Positions 60,397-64,000 of a DNA stretch of 64,000 bases are shown one piece after another. Under the pieces are notes generated by a model. That model did not search any database, was not told where the DNA came from, and worked only from the letters and a program-made list of their open reading frames with translations. The translations under genes were made by a program, and so were the position numbers. Positions within the stretch are counted from its first letter, which is position 1, and the number at the start of each line of letters is the position of its first letter. Source of the DNA: Acidobacteriaceae bacterium (GTDB lineage Bacteria > Acidobacteriota > Terriglobia > Terriglobales > Acidobacteriaceae); NCBI GenBank assembly GCA_036267295.1, contig DATAWI010000008.1:21373-85372 (forward strand). The letters run 5' to 3'.

Positions 60397-63300
60397 ATGC
60401 GCCCGGTCCACCCTGTCTCGCTGCGTTTCCCGATAGCCTTGGCCTGTCTGCTTTTCGTTGGCCCGCGGGTGCCTGGCTTTGCGCAGGTCGACCGCAGCGG
60501 ATTGAGCGGCACAGTTTCCGATGCTACTGGCCGAGTGCTGCCGGGGGCGGATATCACGGCGGTGCTGAACTCGACCCAACTCCGGCGTGAGACCGAATCG
60601 TCGTCGGACGGCAGTTACGTGATTCCCGAACTGCCGGCGGGAGTCTATTCCGTCTCTGTCGTTCATGCCGGCTTCGCGACTCTTACCTTTGTCGACGTGC
60701 AGCAGGTGATTGGGAGAACGCGCACCCTCAACATGACCATGCAGGTGGCGGGCAGCGAAGAACGCATTGCGGTGTCATCCAGTTCGGCGCTGATGGATCG
60801 CAGCTCCAGCGCGGTGACCGGACTAATCGAGAAAGAGCAGGCGGATGAATTGCCGCTCAACGGCCGCAACTGGGCGGAGCTGACGGCCTTTGTGCCGGGC
60901 GCCATCGACACCGGCGGCGACAATCAGCGAACGATTCGCTTCGCCGGGCGGGGACTCGACGACAGCAATTTTACCTACGACGGCGTGGATGCCACCAATA
61001 TCGTGAATCAGACGCAGCGCGCATGGGTGCGGCTCGCCATTCCGCTGGACGCAATCGAGGAATTTCGCGTCGATTCGCTCACCGCAACCGCCGAGGATGG
61101 CGGGACGGGCGGAGCTCAGTTGGCCGTGTCCTCGCCTTCGGGCACAAACGACTGGCATGGACGCGCCTTCGAGTTTCTGCGCAACGATGCCCTGGACGCG
61201 CCCCTGCCGGACTGGGCCTCCAACGGCGAAACGCAGCAACCGCTCCGCCTCAATCAGTTTGGCGGATCGCTGGGCGGTCCCATCCGGCGCGACAAGACGT
61301 TTTTTTTCCTCGCTTCCGAGGCCTACCGGCAGAATTGGGGCTACCCGGTGAGCGGCGACGTGCCGAGCCAGGCGCTCATTGCAACGGTGCCGAGCACCTC
61401 GCCGGTGTATGCGATCCTGCACGCTTACCCGGGAGCCGGTCCGCGAACATTTCTCACTCCCTGGACGCCCGCCACCGACCCAGGCGACCCACATTACGCA
61501 GACTATGATCTGCTGACCTGCTCGTGCGAACAGGTGGTCAACGAGAACTCGGCGATGCTGCGGCTCGACCAGCATTTCACCTCGAAGACCACCGCCTTTA
61601 TGCGATTCAACTACGACCGGTCGGTGGATACCCAACCGCTTTCGGCTTCCGCGACGGATCTGCAGCAGAGGGTTTCCGCGCCGGTCAATGGCGCGGTGGA
61701 AATGCTGCATTTCTTCAATACTCATCTCGCGAACGAGGTTTTGGCAGCCTTCAATCGCGCCAGCTCCAACACGTATAACTACAGCGACTCCGGAACCATT
61801 TATCAGATTGCGATTGCGACCGGTCCGGGGCCGGGATTCGTCACCGAGAACTACAACTACAACAGCATCTACGTGGGCAACTCGTTTTCGGGGATCGACA
61901 ACCTGACCTGGGTTCATGGCCGCCAGACCATCAAGGCCGGCGCGGAGTTCCGCCGCATTCAATTGAACCAGGAGTATGGGGGACACGGGAAAATTACGTT
62001 TTCCACGGCGGAGGCACTGGCTGCGGACAACGCCAAGAAAGCAAGTCTGACCGGCGCGCTGCCGGTCAATCACCTGCGCAAGAGCGATATCGTCGGCTAC
62101 ATCCAGGACGAGTTGAAGGTTCTGCCCAGTCTCAATCTGAACCTCGGAGCGCGCTACACCGTGTTCCAGGTCTTCCACGAAGTAAACGGGCTGGCCAATC
62201 CCTTTGACTTCGCGACCTGCGGGCCTCAGGGCTTCTGCGGCGATGGCGCCAGTTTCGGCCAGCAGAACTACGGCGACATCGACCCGCGCGTGGGCGTGGC
62301 CTGGACCGCTGACAAAAGCGGAAAGACCGTGGTTCACGCCGGATTCGGAATCTACCACGAAGACGGACAGCTGGACGATCAGAACCTGCCCGCTAAAAAC
62401 GAAGTCCCCTCCTTTGCGGCGACCGGCAATTCGGGTTCGCCGCTTGCCTATCCGGTCACGTTCGGCGCCGGCACCCTCTCGCCGAATGCCGAACAACGGG
62501 ACCGCAGGGACACCTATGTTGAACAGTGGTCCTTCTCAGCGCAGCGGGAGTTGCCTGCGAACTTTGTCGGCACCATTTCTTACCTGGGCAGCCACGGCGT
62601 GCATCTGCTGGAGACCAACGTGGTGAACCTGATCGATCCAGTTTCAGGCGACGTGCAATATCCGTCCTTCGCGCCCGCCATTCCCTGGCGTGGCTCTATC
62701 GGCATGAGCTCGTACAACGGGCTTTCCGTTGCCTTGCGGCGGTCGTTCTCGAACGGCTTCCTGGCAACGGCCAATTATATGTACTCGCATGAAATCGACA
62801 ACGGGTCGAACGGCAGCGGCGACGGCGATGAGATCTCGCCGCAGAATCCGCTGTGCCTGGCATGCGATCGCGCCAGCGGCGCCTGGGATGCCCGCCATGT
62901 GATCAACGGCAATGCCGTCTATCGGCTTCCCTTCGGCCTGGGCGAGCCGATGCTCCACCAGCGCGGCATGGCCAACACCCTCGCCGGCGGCTGGGAGATA
63001 ACCTCGACCGCTCTCGCCCGTACCGGATTCCCCGTCAACGTGCTGATGCCCAGCACCTACACCGCGCCCGATGGCGCCACCGGCACAGAGCGTCCCGATC
63101 TGATTCCGGGCGTTTCCCTCCGCCCTCCGGCTGGCAGAAGCGTTGCGGAGTGGATCAATCCCGCCGCCTTCGCTGCTCCGGCTGGAGAGTTCGGTACCGC
63201 GCCGCGTGACCTGCTCCCCGGCCCCGGGACCTGGCAGATCGATCTCGGCACCGACAAAACATTCAACCTGACGGAGCGCGCGCAACTACAGTTTCGCTCG

Positions 63301-63480
63301 GAGTTTTACAACATCTTCAATCACCCGCAATTGGGTCAGCCGCAGGCCATCTTCAATCCGGCGAACACCACCGGATTCGGCAGCATTATCAATACGGTGA
63401 ACACCAGCGTCTCTCCCGTGACGCCGGTCGGGTCAGGAACTCCGCGCGAGATGCAGTTCGCGCTCCGCCTGCAGTTCTAA
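60397..63480 (+). CDS. TonB-dependent receptor-like outer-membrane barrel with CarboxypepD_reg N-domain
   Basis: Signal peptide ..IALACLLFVGPRVPGFAQ. N-domain GTVSDATGRVLPGADITAVLNSTQLRRETESSSDGSYVIPELPAGVYSV. Plug-like ..LPLNGRNWAELT... The C-terminus ends in an aromatic ..REMQFALRLQF. Confidence 0.9.
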   Translation: MRPVHPVSLRFPIALACLLFVGPRVPGFAQVDRSGLSGTVSDATGRVLPGADITAVLNSTQLRRETESSSDGSYVIPELPAGVYSVSVVHAGFATLTFVDVQQVIGRTRTLNMTMQVAGSEERIAVSSSSALMDRSSSAVTGLIEKEQADELPLNGRNWAELTAFVPGAIDTGGDNQRTIRFAGRGLDDSNFTYDGVDATNIVNQTQRAWVRLAIPLDAIEEFRVDSLTATAEDGGTGGAQLAVSSPSGTNDWHGRAFEFLRNDALDAPLPDWASNGETQQPLRLNQFGGSLGGPIRRDKTFFFLASEAYRQNWGYPVSGDVPSQALIATVPSTSPVYAILHAYPGAGPRTFLTPWTPATDPGDPHYADYDLLTCSCEQVVNENSAMLRLDQHFTSKTTAFMRFNYDRSVDTQPLSASATDLQQRVSAPVNGAVEMLHFFNTHLANEVLAAFNRASSNTYNYSDSGTIYQIAIATGPGPGFVTENYNYNSIYVGNSFSGIDNLTWVHGRQTIKAGAEFRRIQLNQEYGGHGKITFSTAEALAADNAKKASLTGALPVNHLRKSDIVGYIQDELKVLPSLNLNLGARYTVFQVFHEVNGLANPFDFATCGPQGFCGDGASFGQQNYGDIDPRVGVAWTADKSGKTVVHAGFGIYHEDGQLDDQNLPAKNEVPSFAATGNSGSPLAYPVTFGAGTLSPNAEQRDRRDTYVEQWSFSAQRELPANFVGTISYLGSHGVHLLETNVVNLIDPVSGDVQYPSFAPAIPWRGSIGMSSYNGLSVALRRSFSNGFLATANYMYSHEIDNGSNGSGDGDEISPQNPLCLACDRASGAWDARHVINGNAVYRLPFGLGEPMLHQRGMANTLAGGWEITSTALARTGFPVNVLMPSTYTAPDGATGTERPDLIPGVSLRPPAGRSVAEWINPAAFAAPAGEFGTAPRDLLPGPGTWQIDLGTDKTFNLTERAQLQFRSEFYNIFNHPQLGQPQAIFNPANTTGFGSIINTVNTSVSPVTPVGSGTPREMQFALRLQF

Positions 63481-63562
63481 GAGGCTTCGCCCGACGCATG
63501 CGGAGCGGGAACGATCATTCGTTCGTGCGCCGCCTCTGTCTCCTGCAACCGGATAGAGCTGA

Positions 63563-64000
63563 TTACCTTCTGACGTTGATGCCCTGGCGCTGCACGCCGG
63601 TCGTGACGGTGCCGTTCGGGTTGTGCGCGGCTCCGTGACAGGTGAGAGTGCAACTGTTGGCGGCGCGGTTGTAGGCGATGGGCAGGCCCCCATTGGGGGC
63701 CACGACGTTGACGTCGAAGTTGACCAGGCGCTCGCCGCTGATCGTGCCGCTGGTGGCGCCCATGCCGTGCGCAGTATGGCAGGTCGAGCAGCTGAAGCCG
63801 GCATTGATGTGGCTGCTGTGCTGATTCCAGCTGGTGTTCTGCACGATCTGGTTCGACAGGTCGTGGCACTTGCCGCAAAGGGCGTACGGACCGTTGACGC
63901 TGAGGTCGGGGTTAGGAAAGAGATTGGTAATGAAGCCGCCAGGCGCAACGGTCTGGCTGAACTCGTAGCGGCGTTCGAGGATGTGCGTCCATCTGGAACC
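63563..64000 (-). CDS. multihaem c-type cytochrome, C-terminal part (N-terminus lies right of the window)
   Basis: The reading frame stays open from nt 64000: GSRWTHILERRYEFSQTVAPGGFITNLFPNPDLSVNGPYALCGKCHDLSNQIVQNTSWNQHSSHINAGFSCSTCHTAHG..NSCTLTCHGAAHN... That gives two CXXCH motifs plus one CX3CH. The track ORF 63563..63844 starts at an internal GTG only because of the window edge. Confidence 0.8.
   Translation of the reverse strand, partial: GSRWTHILERRYEFSQTVAPGGFITNLFPNPDLSVNGPYALCGKCHDLSNQIVQNTSWNQHSSHINAGFSCSTCHTAHGMGATSGTISGERLVNFDVNVVAPNGGLPIAYNRAANSCTLTCHGAAHNPNGTVTTGVQRQGINVRR

Noticed and set aside
1-64000. Scan for tRNA/rRNA/tmRNA signatures (T-loop GGTTCGAATCC-type words), transposase or integrase genes, reverse transcriptase, cas genes, toxin-antitoxin pairs and restriction-modification genes
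   Set aside because: None were recognised by eye on either strand. The absence of an integrase and a tRNA weakens a classic genomic-island interpretation of the 25-28 kb insertion. This cannot be fully excluded without a covariance-model or profile search.

Overview
This is a 64-kb, visibly GC-rich chromosomal segment with a strong C/G bias at third codon positions. The gene content points to Acidobacteriota: a VWFA-type secreted protein, a PadR plus duplicated orphan FtsX-type permease pair, CarboxypepD_reg-type TonB-dependent receptors, CRTAC1/ASPIC-UnbV and many glycoside hydrolases. That assignment is inference; no search was run. I support 39 protein-coding genes. Two are cut by the window edges and so are missing from the ORF track. 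I saw no rRNA, tRNA, CRISPR array, transposase or integrase. The window falls into these blocks. (i) 0-12 kb: mixed housekeeping genes, including a MoaD-MoaE fusion, a GH78-like hydrolase and an orphan Mo-hydroxylase large subunit. (ii) 12-16 kb: a two-component pair with a double-transmitter hybrid kinase. (iii) 16-21.5 kb: a xylan-utilisation operon (GH3, GPH symporter, GH10). (iv) clpB. (v) 25-28.7 kb: an A/T-richer insertion carrying a stand-alone RloC/PrrC-type anticodon-nuclease ATPase with odd flanks; this is the clearest accessory or defence candidate. (vi) SPFH, ppdK, PadR-ADOP and two esterases. (vii) 40-51 kb: a TonB-type receptor plus three translationally coupled glycosidases. (viii) 55.7-64 kb: a haem-rich cluster made of a 16-haem cytochrome with an NHL propeller, a tetrahaem cytochrome, a TonB-type barrel and another cytochrome; this is a candidate uncharacterised envelope redox system. 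The intergenic DNA is unusually structured. Several hairpin-repeat families all lie in one orientation. Telomere-like (CCCTNNN)n heptamer arrays have their G-rich strand matching the sense strand of the gene that ends just upstream. Hand-derived coordinates of non-coding elements may be off by 1-2 nt.
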